From positions 27,474-91,473 of the forward strand of contig CAKOMD010000001.1 in the NCBI GenBank assembly GCA_934096555.1: 64,000 bases of DNA, given 5' to 3'. Origin of the DNA: an uncultured Bacilli bacterium (GTDB lineage: Bacteria; Bacillota_I; Bacilli_A; RF39; UBA660). Below the pieces are notes generated by a model. It was not told where the DNA came from, made no database searches, and saw only the letters and a list, made by a program, of their open reading frames with translations. A program made the translations under genes and the position numbers. Below are positions 30,114 through 39,348 of this stretch, piece by piece; the first letter of the stretch is position 1, and the number at the start of each line of letters is the position of its first letter.

Positions 30114-31130
30114 CTATTTATTATCTATAATATACTCACATACTCTTTCTATCTCATCATCTTCTATCATAGGAATACTCATTCTAATTAAATTTTTATC
30201 ATTATCTAAATACATTCCATCTTTACCCAAGTTATCTCTGATAGCCTTACCTAAAAACATATTATATTCACCTCTTGAAGTAAGATAAAAACTAATCTTT
30301 GATACATTATCTTTATTAAATAAATCATATGTATCGTCTTCAAGTACACTATCCGTAGATACTACTAAATATATCCCCATAGTACTACCTACTTCTAATA
30401 AATAATTAATATCATCCTTAACACTATTATCAAGTTTTAATATTTCATATATCTCATCAATAAATATTACCATCTTATCTCTAGTATTATTCTTTACTCT
30501 ATCTTCAAATTCTCTTCTAAGTAAATTAATCTTTACAATAATATCTTCTTCTTTATTAACAACTTCACACACATCACTATATAGATTATAATTAATACCT
30601 TGTGAATCAAGTATAACTACTTTAACATTACTATAATTAATTAAAATATTCATAATAATATCATTAAATAAATTAGTTTTGCCAGTACCACTAACACCAG
30701 TAACCAATAGACTCTTTTCCTTATCAAAATCAAAAGTAACTAATTTATCATATTCATCAAGGCCTAATACTACTTTAAAATCATCATCTACTTTATAATC
30801 CTCTAATACTTCTTTTAGACATAAAATATCTTTCTTCATATTATCAACTTTAATAAATATCTCATTATCTTTTACTTTATTCATAACTAGTTCAGATACA
30901 TTAATTCCTAAAGATAAAGCAATTTCTTTCTTTAATTCTAAAATATCATCATAAGTCTTATCATCATTCCAAGTAACATGATAAACAGTAATACTCCTAT
31001 AAACTTCATAAGTAACTTTTGGATTAAAGCCAAAAGCCTTCAAAGTATTATGTAAATTACTAACAAATAAATCAGCATTTAATATATTTCTAGTATTATC
31101 TGACTTAGGATTATTAAGTAACTTTAACAT
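30114..31130 (-). CDS. FtsK/SpoIIIE-family ATPase domain protein, with no TM segments and no gamma domain
   Basis: KVVLGLDEYDKLVTFDFDKEKSLLVTGVSGTGKTNLFNDIIMNIL...VKVVILDSQ...KMVIFIDEIYEIL parallels the FtsK segment LGKDI...HLLVAGTTGSGKS...IDPK...VIVDEFADLM. Confidence 0.5.
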   Translation of the reverse strand: MLKLLNNPKSDNTRNILNADLFVSNLHNTLKAFGFNPKVTYEVYRSITVYHVTWNDDKTYDDILELKKEIALSLGINVSELVMNKVKDNEIFIKVDNMKKDILCLKEVLEDYKVDDDFKVVLGLDEYDKLVTFDFDKEKSLLVTGVSGTGKTNLFNDIIMNILINYSNVKVVILDSQGINYNLYSDVCEVVNKEEDIIVKINLLRREFEDRVKNNTRDKMVIFIDEIYEILKLDNSVKDDINYLLEVGSTMGIYLVVSTDSVLEDDTYDLFNKDNVSKISFYLTSRGEYNMFLGKAIRDNLGKDGMYLDNDKNLIRMSIPMIEDDEIERVCEYIIDNK

Positions 31131-32644
31131 TATTTAACCTTCTTTCTATTTTTAATAAGTATATTACCAGTCATCTCCTTAGGTATATCAAGTCCCATTA
31201 AAAATAATACACTAGGAGCTATATCGCATAAACTACCATCTAATAATTTTAACCTTTTATCTGTAATAATAAATGGTACTTTATTAGTAGTATGACTAGT
31301 ATTAACACTACCATCTTTATTTCTCATAACTTCACAGTTACCATGATCTGCTGTAATAATCATCGTATATTCATCCAATGATATATTATCAAGTATCTTA
31401 CCAATACAAGAATCTACTGTTTCAACTGCTTTTACCGCAGCATTATAATCACCAGTATGACCTACCATATCACCATTAGCAAAATTAAGTATTATTAAAT
31501 CTTCTTTATTTTCCGTAATTTCTTTTACTAAAGAAGCTGTAATCATATTCGCAGACATTTCAGGTTCTAAATCATAAGTAGCCACTTTAGGACTAGGTAC
31601 TAATATTCTTTTTTCACCTTCAAATATTACATCATTACCTCCATTAATAAAGTAAGTAACATGAGCATACTTCTCAGTTTCTGCTATTCTAAGTTGTGTA
31701 AGACCTTTACTAGATATATATTCACCAATAGTATTATTAAGTACAGGATGTTCAAAAGCCATAGGACAAAGTACTGTATCAGTAACTTTCATCATTGTAA
31801 CAACTTTTAAATTATTAATTTTATTTCTCTTAAAACATTCATAATTATCATTAGTAAATATACTACCGAGTTCTCTTAATCTATCAGGTCTAAAGTTAAA
31901 GAATATAATACCATCATTATCTCTTATTAAACCATTTCTATCAGTAGTCGTAGGTACTATAAATTCATCAGTAATATCATTCTTTTGACTATCATACCAA
32001 ACCTTTTTAACATCTCTTACTTCAGTACCAATAACCATCGCATTATATGCCTTTTCTACTCTATCAAACCTATTATCTCTATCCATACCATAATATCTAC
32101 CACCAATTGAGGCAATACTACCTATACCAATAGTTTTAAGTTTCTTTTCCAAAGCCTCAATATATTTAATTCCACTAGTGGGACTAACATCTCTACCATC
32201 AGTAAATATATGAATATAAACATTCTTAACACCATTATTCTTAATCATATCAAGTAAAGTAAATAAATGATTAATATGTGAATGAACTCCTCCATCAGAA
32301 AGAAGTCCTATTAAATGAATATTAGAATTATTATCTTTAACATGATTAATTACTTTTAATATTTCACTATTATTATAAAAACTCTTATCTTTAATCTTAC
32401 TATTTATAAGTTCTAAAGACTGATATACTACTCTTCCTGCCCCTATATTAGTATGACCTACTTCACTATTACCCATTTGCCCTCTAGGAAGTCCTACATA
32501 TGTTCCTGAAGCTTCAAGTTCACTATGTGGATATGTCTTCCATAATTTATCTAGATTAGGAGTTTTAGCATTATATAAAGCATTATATTTTTTTTCTTTA
32601 GTAAGACCTACTCCATCCATAATACAAAGTAATATTTTCTTCAT
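31130..32644 (-). CDS. gpmI: 2,3-bisphosphoglycerate-independent phosphoglycerate mutase
   Basis: MKKILLCIMDGVGL...NSEVGHTNIGAGRVVYQ...TADHGN. Confidence 0.9.
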   Translation of the reverse strand: MKKILLCIMDGVGLTKEKKYNALYNAKTPNLDKLWKTYPHSELEASGTYVGLPRGQMGNSEVGHTNIGAGRVVYQSLELINSKIKDKSFYNNSEILKVINHVKDNNSNIHLIGLLSDGGVHSHINHLFTLLDMIKNNGVKNVYIHIFTDGRDVSPTSGIKYIEALEKKLKTIGIGSIASIGGRYYGMDRDNRFDRVEKAYNAMVIGTEVRDVKKVWYDSQKNDITDEFIVPTTTDRNGLIRDNDGIIFFNFRPDRLRELGSIFTNDNYECFKRNKINNLKVVTMMKVTDTVLCPMAFEHPVLNNTIGEYISSKGLTQLRIAETEKYAHVTYFINGGNDVIFEGEKRILVPSPKVATYDLEPEMSANMITASLVKEITENKEDLIILNFANGDMVGHTGDYNAAVKAVETVDSCIGKILDNISLDEYTMIITADHGNCEVMRNKDGSVNTSHTTNKVPFIITDKRLKLLDGSLCDIAPSVLFLMGLDIPKEMTGNILIKNRKKVK

Positions 32645-32817
32645 TTATCATCACCTATTTTCCTACCTAATTATATCTAATTATTTATAGTTTTTCAATA
32701 TATTAGATATAAATTTACATTATTTTTATTCTAGTGAAGCCTAGGGTCTTCCCTAGCAATTTAGAGCCCATAGTCTCTAAATTGAATCTTTCGGGATTAT
32801 TAATTACCATAAAAGAA

Positions 32818-32842
32818 AAAAGCAAGTTTTTTACTTGCTTAC
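32818..32842 (-). terminator. Rho-independent terminator overlapping the stop codon of the lipoprotein gene
   Basis: An 8-bp stem (AAGCAAGT ttttt ACTTGCTT) is followed by a T-run on the minus strand. Confidence 0.6.
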
Positions 32843-33889
32843 TGGTAATACTGATATACTTCTTGCTATATCAAGTAATTCACTTTTAGATAGTTTATCA
32901 CTAACTACATAGTATTCTATATTATTATCAATCCAATTTACTGAATTATCATTAACTATAGCTACAGTTGAAGCCATTAATTCAAGTTCACCATATGTAG
33001 GAACTATTAAATGTTCTTTTTCATAAGTAACTGTCTCTTCAATTAACATAAATGGATTATCTCCATCAAATGTAAGAATTAATCTTTCTCCATTATCTTT
33101 ACTTACTTTTTCTTTATTAGAAAGATAAGTATTAACCGGTAAATACATTGGATAAATAACATCCTCTATTGTACTAGTTTGTTTAGTTTCCGTAGTCTTA
33201 TCTTTATCAGTATTTGTATTAGTATTATTTTCAGTAGTCTTATTGTCGCCAGGAGTTTCTTCTTTAACATCTATGATTTCTTTTAAGTCAAAATAATTAT
33301 CATTAAATTTACTACTTAAATCTATCTTATCAAAATTCATAGTAATTTGTGCAGTTCCATTAGTATCCATAACAGTAACTTTCTTTATATTAGCATCTTT
33401 ATCTAGTAGTATTTCTTGTTTAACTAGTTTTTCATTATTTGGATAATTAGCACCTACTACTATCTTATAATTATCACCATCTTTAGTAAATGTCCTATTT
33501 TCATCACTTAAAATATCGTCAAGTAATGGTTTAAGTAAATAAACTTGTGAATTATTATAAGGCCAATCACTTTGAAATTTAAAACTCTTGTTAATTCTCG
33601 GAGTAACAACATATACACCATCAGAATTACGAAGAATTATTTGTTCATGATTATTAACTTTATTAGTTAAATTAACCTTATAATTATCACCTTTAGCATA
33701 AGATACTTTAACATCATAAGTATATAAATCTTCATTATTAACTATCTCTAAAGTACCCTCAATATAGTAAGATTTAGAATTATTAATCTTCTTTTCTAAA
33801 TCTTTTATAATACTACTTTCACTAGTCTTACCACATCCTGATAGTAGAAACACTCCCACTAGTAGTATAAACAAAATTTTCTTTTTCAT
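32831..33889 (-). CDS. Lipoprotein of unknown function with a T/N/D-rich linker
   Basis: A lipobox is present (LLSGCGKTS), and there is a low-complexity TENNTNTNTDKDKTTETKQT stretch. Confidence 0.55.
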   Translation of the reverse strand: MKKKILFILLVGVFLLSGCGKTSESSIIKDLEKKINNSKSYYIEGTLEIVNNEDLYTYDVKVSYAKGDNYKVNLTNKVNNHEQIILRNSDGVYVVTPRINKSFKFQSDWPYNNSQVYLLKPLLDDILSDENRTFTKDGDNYKIVVGANYPNNEKLVKQEILLDKDANIKKVTVMDTNGTAQITMNFDKIDLSSKFNDNYFDLKEIIDVKEETPGDNKTTENNTNTNTDKDKTTETKQTSTIEDVIYPMYLPVNTYLSNKEKVSKDNGERLILTFDGDNPFMLIEETVTYEKEHLIVPTYGELELMASTVAIVNDNSVNWIDNNIEYYVVSDKLSKSELLDIARSISVLPVSK

Positions 33890-33992
33890 TAGTCCTCCTT
33901 CTTTCTAATGAATTATATTAATTAAAATTTCTAATATGATGAATAAATTAACAATTTTTGTACAAAATAAAAGTAAAAAGGAGGATAATTAT

Positions 33993-34187
33993 ATGAATAC
34001 ATTATACAAAATAGCCTTAGCCTTAGGTATTATAGGTTGTATAAACTGGGGATTAGTAGGAATATTTAATTTCAATCTAGTAGAATACCTATTTGGTGAT
34101 GGTACTCTTCTTACAAGAATAATATACATACTAGTATTAATATCTGGTCTCATTAGTCTTGGTATATTTACTAAAGATTTAGATTAA
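33993..34187 (+). CDS. DUF378-family small membrane protein
   Basis: MNTLYKIALALGIIGCINWGLVGIFNFNLVEYLFG matches the DUF378 consensus (ALNWGLVG..FNLV). AAGGAGG lies 9 nt upstream of the ATG at 33993. The ORF-track start at 33936 lacks an RBS. Confidence 0.65.
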   Translation: MNTLYKIALALGIIGCINWGLVGIFNFNLVEYLFGDGTLLTRIIYILVLISGLISLGIFTKDLD

Positions 34188-34315
34188 AATAAGATAACTA
34201 TTAAAAGTTATTTTGCATAAAGCAGGATAACTTTTTTATTTATACAAATGTCAATTTTAAATTATTTATTAAAGTTATATAGATTTTTTCCATAATATAT
34301 AGTATAATTAAATAG

Positions 34316-34870
34316 GTGATATTTTTGAATATTAGGACAAACTTTAATAGTACATTTGCTAATCGTGGTATGTCATTAGAAAATGATATAAATGAAACAA
34401 ACAAATACTATGTAGACTATGATATCGCTTTAATATATAAAAAGCCTACACCTATTAGAATAACAAAAACCAATTATAAAAATATGCGAATAACTGATGG
34501 TTTCTTTGAAAGTCCATCTACTCTCGATTATAATGGTGTATACAAGGGATATTATATTGAGTTTGATGCTAAGGAAACAAGAAGTAAAACTAGTTTCCCA
34601 ATAGATAATATTCATAAACATCAAATAGAATATATAAGGAAAGTAATAAAACATAATGGCATTGTCTTTTTAATAGTAAGATTTTCTACTTTAAATAGAG
34701 ATTTTATTATAAAAGGAAAAGACATAATTGATTACATAAACAATGATGAGAGAAAATCAATACCACTATCCTACTTTGAAAATAATGCTTATGAAATAGG
34801 AATTAAATATGCTCCAAGACTAGATTATATTAAAATTGTAGATAAACTAATAAATGAACATAATAATTAG
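34316..34870 (+). CDS. recU: Holliday-junction resolvase RecU
   Basis: FANRGMSLENDINETNKYY...YNGVYKGYYIEFDAKETRSKTSFP..NIHKHQIEYIRKV is near-collinear with B. subtilis RecU. It is followed by the class A PBP gene, as in the conserved recU-ponA arrangement. The start may be the GTG at 34316 or the TTG at 34325 (AGGTGA 5 nt upstream). Confidence 0.85.
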   Translation: MIFLNIRTNFNSTFANRGMSLENDINETNKYYVDYDIALIYKKPTPIRITKTNYKNMRITDGFFESPSTLDYNGVYKGYYIEFDAKETRSKTSFPIDNIHKHQIEYIRKVIKHNGIVFLIVRFSTLNRDFIIKGKDIIDYINNDERKSIPLSYFENNAYEIGIKYAPRLDYIKIVDKLINEHNN

Positions 34871-35057
34871 CATACTATTTGCAATAATAACTATTTTAAG
34901 TATTATAATTTTCAAAGTAAAAGGATTACTTATATTAATTATTACTTTACCATTATATATTATATACCTTAATTCAAATAAAATAATAGATATCATAAAA
35001 AAGAAAAAAGAAGGTAATAATAAAGATAATTTATTAGAAAGAAAGGAAGTTGAATTT

Positions 35058-37925
35058 GTGAGTTCAAGCAGTAGAAGAGGAAAAGTAAACGACGATAAAA
35101 ATAAAAAGAAAAAAGTCAAGCCTCAAAATAAGAAACAAGCAAACAAGTCAAGAGACAAGAAAGAAAAAAGTAGTAGTAAAAAGAAAGGTATTGTTAGAAA
35201 GATATTAACTATCTTATTAGGATTTGCTATCTTCTGTGTATTTGCAGCAGCGGCATTTATGATTTATATTGTAATTAGTACATCAAACTTTGATCCTAAT
35301 GCATTAGTAAATCAAGACCAAACAGTATTATATGATAAAGATGGTAATGAATTTGCTACACTGGGAGTACAAAAAAGAGAATCAGTAACCTATGATCAAT
35401 TACCACAAGTACTTGTGGATGCTATCGTGGCTACTGAAGATTCTAGATACTATCAACATAATGGCGTTGATATGGCAAGATTTTTAAAGGCAACTGCATT
35501 AAACTTAATTGGTAGAGATGATGCCGGTGGTGCCTCTACCCTAACCATGCAGACCGTAAAAAATAATCTTACAAAAAAAGATAATCTAGAAACAAGTAAA
35601 ATTAAAAAAATAATAAGAAAGTTCCAAGACGTATATCTATCAGTATTCTTCATGGAAAGAAAATATTCTAAAGAAGAAATATTAGAGTTCTATGTAAATG
35701 ATAGCTGTCTTGGTGGTAATGTTTATGGAGTTGAAGAAGCTAGTAAATACTATTTTGGTAAAGATGTATCAGAATTAAGTCTTCCTGAAGCCGCTATGAT
35801 AGCAGGTATGTATCAAGCTCCAAATAAATACAACCCATATAAAAATCCAGATAAAGCAGCTGAAAGAAGAAATACCGTTTTAAAATTAATGGTTAGACAT
35901 GGATATATAACTGAAGACGAAATGAAAATGGCACAAGCTGTATCAATAGAAAGTATGTTAGTAGGTGCTAAAGCTGATACTAATTATCAAGGCTATGTTG
36001 ATACAGTAATTGATGAAGTAGAAAAATTAACTGGAGATAACCCTGCTGTAGTACCAATGAAAATATATACAGCACTTGATAGAAGCATTCAAGATGGCAT
36101 TAATGATGTATTAAATGGAACTTCTTACACTCGTTGGGCAAATGATTCGGTTCAAGCAGGTATTGCTGTAACAAATGTTAATGATGGTACAATCGTTGCC
36201 GTAGGTGCAGGAAGAAATCGTGAAGGAGAAAGAACATTTAACTTTGCTACTCAAGCCTATAGACAGCCAGGAAGTACAGCTAAACCATTATTTGATTATG
36301 GTCCAGGATTTGAATATAATGATTTTTCAACATATACCCTATTCAACGATGAGCCTTGGACATATACCAATGGTCCATCAGTAGGAAACTGGGATAATAA
36401 ATATCAAGGATTAATAACATTAAGACAAGCACTAAGCGTATCAAGAAACGTTCCAGCGTTAAAAGCTTTCCAGCAAGTAGATAAAAAGAATATTGCAAAA
36501 TTTGTTAGTTCTTTAGGAATAGATATTGCCTATAGTACAAAAGATGAAAATTATAAAAAATACGATAATGGCGGAGATAACATATTAAATGAAGCTTACT
36601 CAATTGGTGGTATGTCCTTCGGTGTAACTCCACTACAAATGGCTGAAGCCTATGCTACTTTTGCCAATGGTGGTTACCACATTGAATCTCATGCTGTAAT
36701 TAAAATAGAATATCGTAATTCAGATGAAACTATAGTAACAAGTGAGCTTAAAGAATATCAAAAAGAAAAAGTAATGTCAGATTCAACTGCTTACTTAATG
36801 AATAATGTTCTTCAATATGCTGTTGAACATGCCTTTAATGGAGGAGCTAGAGTTTATGGTTCCACAGTAGCAGCTAAAACAGGTACTTCTAACCTAGATG
36901 AAGCAACTTGTAGAGCAAAAGGTATTCCAATTGGATCAGTTGGTGATCTTTGGACAGTAGCCTATACTCCAGAATATTCAGTAGCACTATGGTATGGTTA
37001 TAAAGAAAATGATAGTACTCACTACTTAGGTAGTGCAAGTTATCCTAAAGATGACTTAATGAGTGCAGTTATAAAAACAATACCTAAGACTACTAAAAAA
37101 TGGGAAATACCTTCTTCAGTAGTTGCAGTAACTGTTGAAAAAGAAACATGGCCCGCACAATTAGCTAGTGAATATACACCAGATAATATGAAAATAACTG
37201 AGTATTTCAAAAAGGGAACTCAACCTACTGAAGTATCACAAAGATATGCTAAATTACCTGCAGTAACAAATCTAAAGAGTACAAAAGAAGGAAGCAGCTA
37301 TAAATTAACTTGGAATTTCAAAACTCCTGATGTATTAGATAGCGCATATTTAAGTAAATATTTTAGTAATTCTGTATATGGTAATCAATCAGCTAACTAT
37401 CTTCAAGCAAGATTAGATTATAATAATAATACTCTTGGAGGATTTGGCTTTGGTATCTATCAAAAAACAAGCACTGGCAATCTTGAATTAATAGATTTCA
37501 TAGATAGCAAAAGTACTGAATATACTTACAAACCAACTTCAAATGGTAGTGTAGATATCATTGTTCGTGCAGAATATAAAAACTTCAAAGATAATGCTAG
37601 TGACGAAACAAAAATAACAATAAGCACTAATGGCATCATCAGAAATGATAAAGAACTAGAGATTTCATTATCAGGTAATGAATCAATATCAGTAACCAAA
37701 GGTAGCTATAATGAAAAAGGAATAATAGTAAAATATAATGATAAAAATGTAACTCTATTAAGTGATATAACATATACATTTAATGGTAATACATATAAAT
37801 CAAAATCAGATTTAGAGTCTGAAATAAATAAGCTTGATGTTGATAAAGAAGTAGAAATAATCTACTCTGCTACATATAATAAGATAACTAAAACAATAAC
37901 AAGAAAAATAAAAATCGAGGAATAA
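35058..37925 (+). CDS. ponA: Class A penicillin-binding protein 1A (glycosyltransferase plus transpeptidase) with a roughly 250-aa C-terminal extension
   Basis: GT51 motifs are present (EDSRYYQHNGVDMARFLKA, ...) together with the transpeptidase SxxK (GSTAKP), SxN and KTGT. The ORF is open from 34854, but GGAAG with an 8-nt spacer precedes a GTG at 35058. That gives the canonical basic cytoplasmic tail plus a single TM, so the start is uncertain. Confidence 0.8.
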   Translation: MSSSSRRGKVNDDKNKKKKVKPQNKKQANKSRDKKEKSSSKKKGIVRKILTILLGFAIFCVFAAAAFMIYIVISTSNFDPNALVNQDQTVLYDKDGNEFATLGVQKRESVTYDQLPQVLVDAIVATEDSRYYQHNGVDMARFLKATALNLIGRDDAGGASTLTMQTVKNNLTKKDNLETSKIKKIIRKFQDVYLSVFFMERKYSKEEILEFYVNDSCLGGNVYGVEEASKYYFGKDVSELSLPEAAMIAGMYQAPNKYNPYKNPDKAAERRNTVLKLMVRHGYITEDEMKMAQAVSIESMLVGAKADTNYQGYVDTVIDEVEKLTGDNPAVVPMKIYTALDRSIQDGINDVLNGTSYTRWANDSVQAGIAVTNVNDGTIVAVGAGRNREGERTFNFATQAYRQPGSTAKPLFDYGPGFEYNDFSTYTLFNDEPWTYTNGPSVGNWDNKYQGLITLRQALSVSRNVPALKAFQQVDKKNIAKFVSSLGIDIAYSTKDENYKKYDNGGDNILNEAYSIGGMSFGVTPLQMAEAYATFANGGYHIESHAVIKIEYRNSDETIVTSELKEYQKEKVMSDSTAYLMNNVLQYAVEHAFNGGARVYGSTVAAKTGTSNLDEATCRAKGIPIGSVGDLWTVAYTPEYSVALWYGYKENDSTHYLGSASYPKDDLMSAVIKTIPKTTKKWEIPSSVVAVTVEKETWPAQLASEYTPDNMKITEYFKKGTQPTEVSQRYAKLPAVTNLKSTKEGSSYKLTWNFKTPDVLDSAYLSKYFSNSVYGNQSANYLQARLDYNNNTLGGFGFGIYQKTSTGNLELIDFIDSKSTEYTYKPTSNGSVDIIVRAEYKNFKDNASDETKITISTNGIIRNDKELEISLSGNESISVTKGSYNEKGIIVKYNDKNVTLLSDITYTFNGNTYKSKSDLESEINKLDVDKEVEIIYSATYNKITKTITRKIKIEE

Positions 37926-37944
37926 AAAATTCTTCGATTTTTAT
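37914..37944. terminator. Bidirectional terminator between ponA (+) and murF (-)
   Basis: The hairpin ATCGAGGAAT/ATTCTTCGAT (one mismatch) has T-runs on both sides. A second palindromic hairpin, AGCTAT-gt-ATAGCT at 37966-37979, overlaps the murF stop. Confidence 0.55.
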
Positions 37945-37977
37945 TTCTAAAAAAAATAGTTATACAGCTATGTATAG

Positions 37978-39348
37978 CTATTTTTGATTATCTACTAAAT
38001 ATTTAATAATATTAGATAGATGCATACCATGTGATCCCTTAAATAATACCAAATCACCATCTTTAAGAAGACTATCTATATATACATAAGATTCATTTTC
38101 ATTATCAAAATGTTTTAAATTATCATAATTATTATTTTTTAAATACTCATCAGTATACTTAGTTTCATTACCAATAGTAACAATATAATTTAAATTACTA
38201 TTAAGTAATACCTTACCTATTTCTTTATGAAGATTCTTACTAAAAGTACCAAGTTCCAAAACATCACCAATTATAGCAATTTTTCTCTTACCTTCTCTTT
38301 TAACTAAAATCTCTAATGATGATTTAATAGAATCTAATGAAGCATTATAAGTATCATCTATCAAAGTAGCTCCATTATTTAATTTTTTAAACTCCAATCT
38401 ATTACTAGTAAGTTTAAAGTTCTCAATACCTTTTTTAATATTTTCTATATCAACATTACATAATATTCCCATTACATAAGCCACTAAAGAATTATATATA
38501 AAAGCCGTATTACCAATATTACATTTAATATCATTATTATTAATTTTAAACTCAGTTAAATCACTATTAATATCTTTAGCCATATAATCACTATCATTAT
38601 CTATACCAATAGTAATAACCTTATTTAAAGACTTAATATATTCAATATTATCATGTAATATATCATTATCATTATTAATAACTAAAGGTCCATTAAGTCC
38701 TTCAATTATTTCTAATTTAGCTTTCATTATATTTTCTCTAGAACCCAAATTACCAATATGAGCAGTCCCTACATTAGTAATTACCGCCATTGTAGGTTTA
38801 GCTATATTAGTAAGAAAAGATATCTCACCAAAATTATTCATACCCATTTCAATTACCATAATATCTTCATCTTTTAATCTAAGTATTGTAAAAGGAAGAC
38901 CGATATGATTATTGTTATTACCTTCAGTCTTAAGTACTTTATACTTAGTACTAAGTACTGAATATATCATATCCTTCGTGGAGGTCTTACCTACACTGCC
39001 GGTAACACCAACTACTGGAATATCATATAAACTTCTTTTATATCTAGCAAGATCTTGTATACATTTTAAAGAATCCTCTACTAAAACAATAGTTCTATCT
39101 TTATACTCTACTGGAATATCATTAATATCAATATTATCTAATATACAAGCCTTTGCCCCTTTATTAAATGCATCTCTATAAAACTTATTACCATCAAAAG
39201 CTTCACCCTTAATACCAACATAAATATCCCCTTTTTGAATAGTTCTAGTATCATGAGAAAAATTATCGAGTACTAAATTAATATCACCACATAATAATTT
39301 ACCATTAAATTTATCAATTATATCTTTTACATAAATCATATATAACAC
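37978..39348 (-). CDS. murF: UDP-N-acetylmuramoyl-tripeptide--D-alanyl-D-alanine ligase
   Basis: GVTGSVGKTSTKDMI...Mur ligase middle and C-terminal domains. The length (456 aa) is typical. Confidence 0.85.
   Translation of the reverse strand: MLYMIYVKDIIDKFNGKLLCGDINLVLDNFSHDTRTIQKGDIYVGIKGEAFDGNKFYRDAFNKGAKACILDNIDINDIPVEYKDRTIVLVEDSLKCIQDLARYKRSLYDIPVVGVTGSVGKTSTKDMIYSVLSTKYKVLKTEGNNNNHIGLPFTILRLKDEDIMVIEMGMNNFGEISFLTNIAKPTMAVITNVGTAHIGNLGSRENIMKAKLEIIEGLNGPLVINNDNDILHDNIEYIKSLNKVITIGIDNDSDYMAKDINSDLTEFKINNNDIKCNIGNTAFIYNSLVAYVMGILCNVDIENIKKGIENFKLTSNRLEFKKLNNGATLIDDTYNASLDSIKSSLEILVKREGKRKIAIIGDVLELGTFSKNLHKEIGKVLLNSNLNYIVTIGNETKYTDEYLKNNNYDNLKHFDNENESYVYIDSLLKDGDLVLFKGSHGMHLSNIIKYLVDNQK

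Noticed and set aside
32645-32810. Possible riboswitch or leader upstream of gpmI (short hairpins CCTAGGG...CCCTAGC, TTAGAG...CTCTAA)
   Set aside because: The stems are short and imperfect and match no riboswitch class I recognise. It is more likely an ordinary promoter or 5' UTR.
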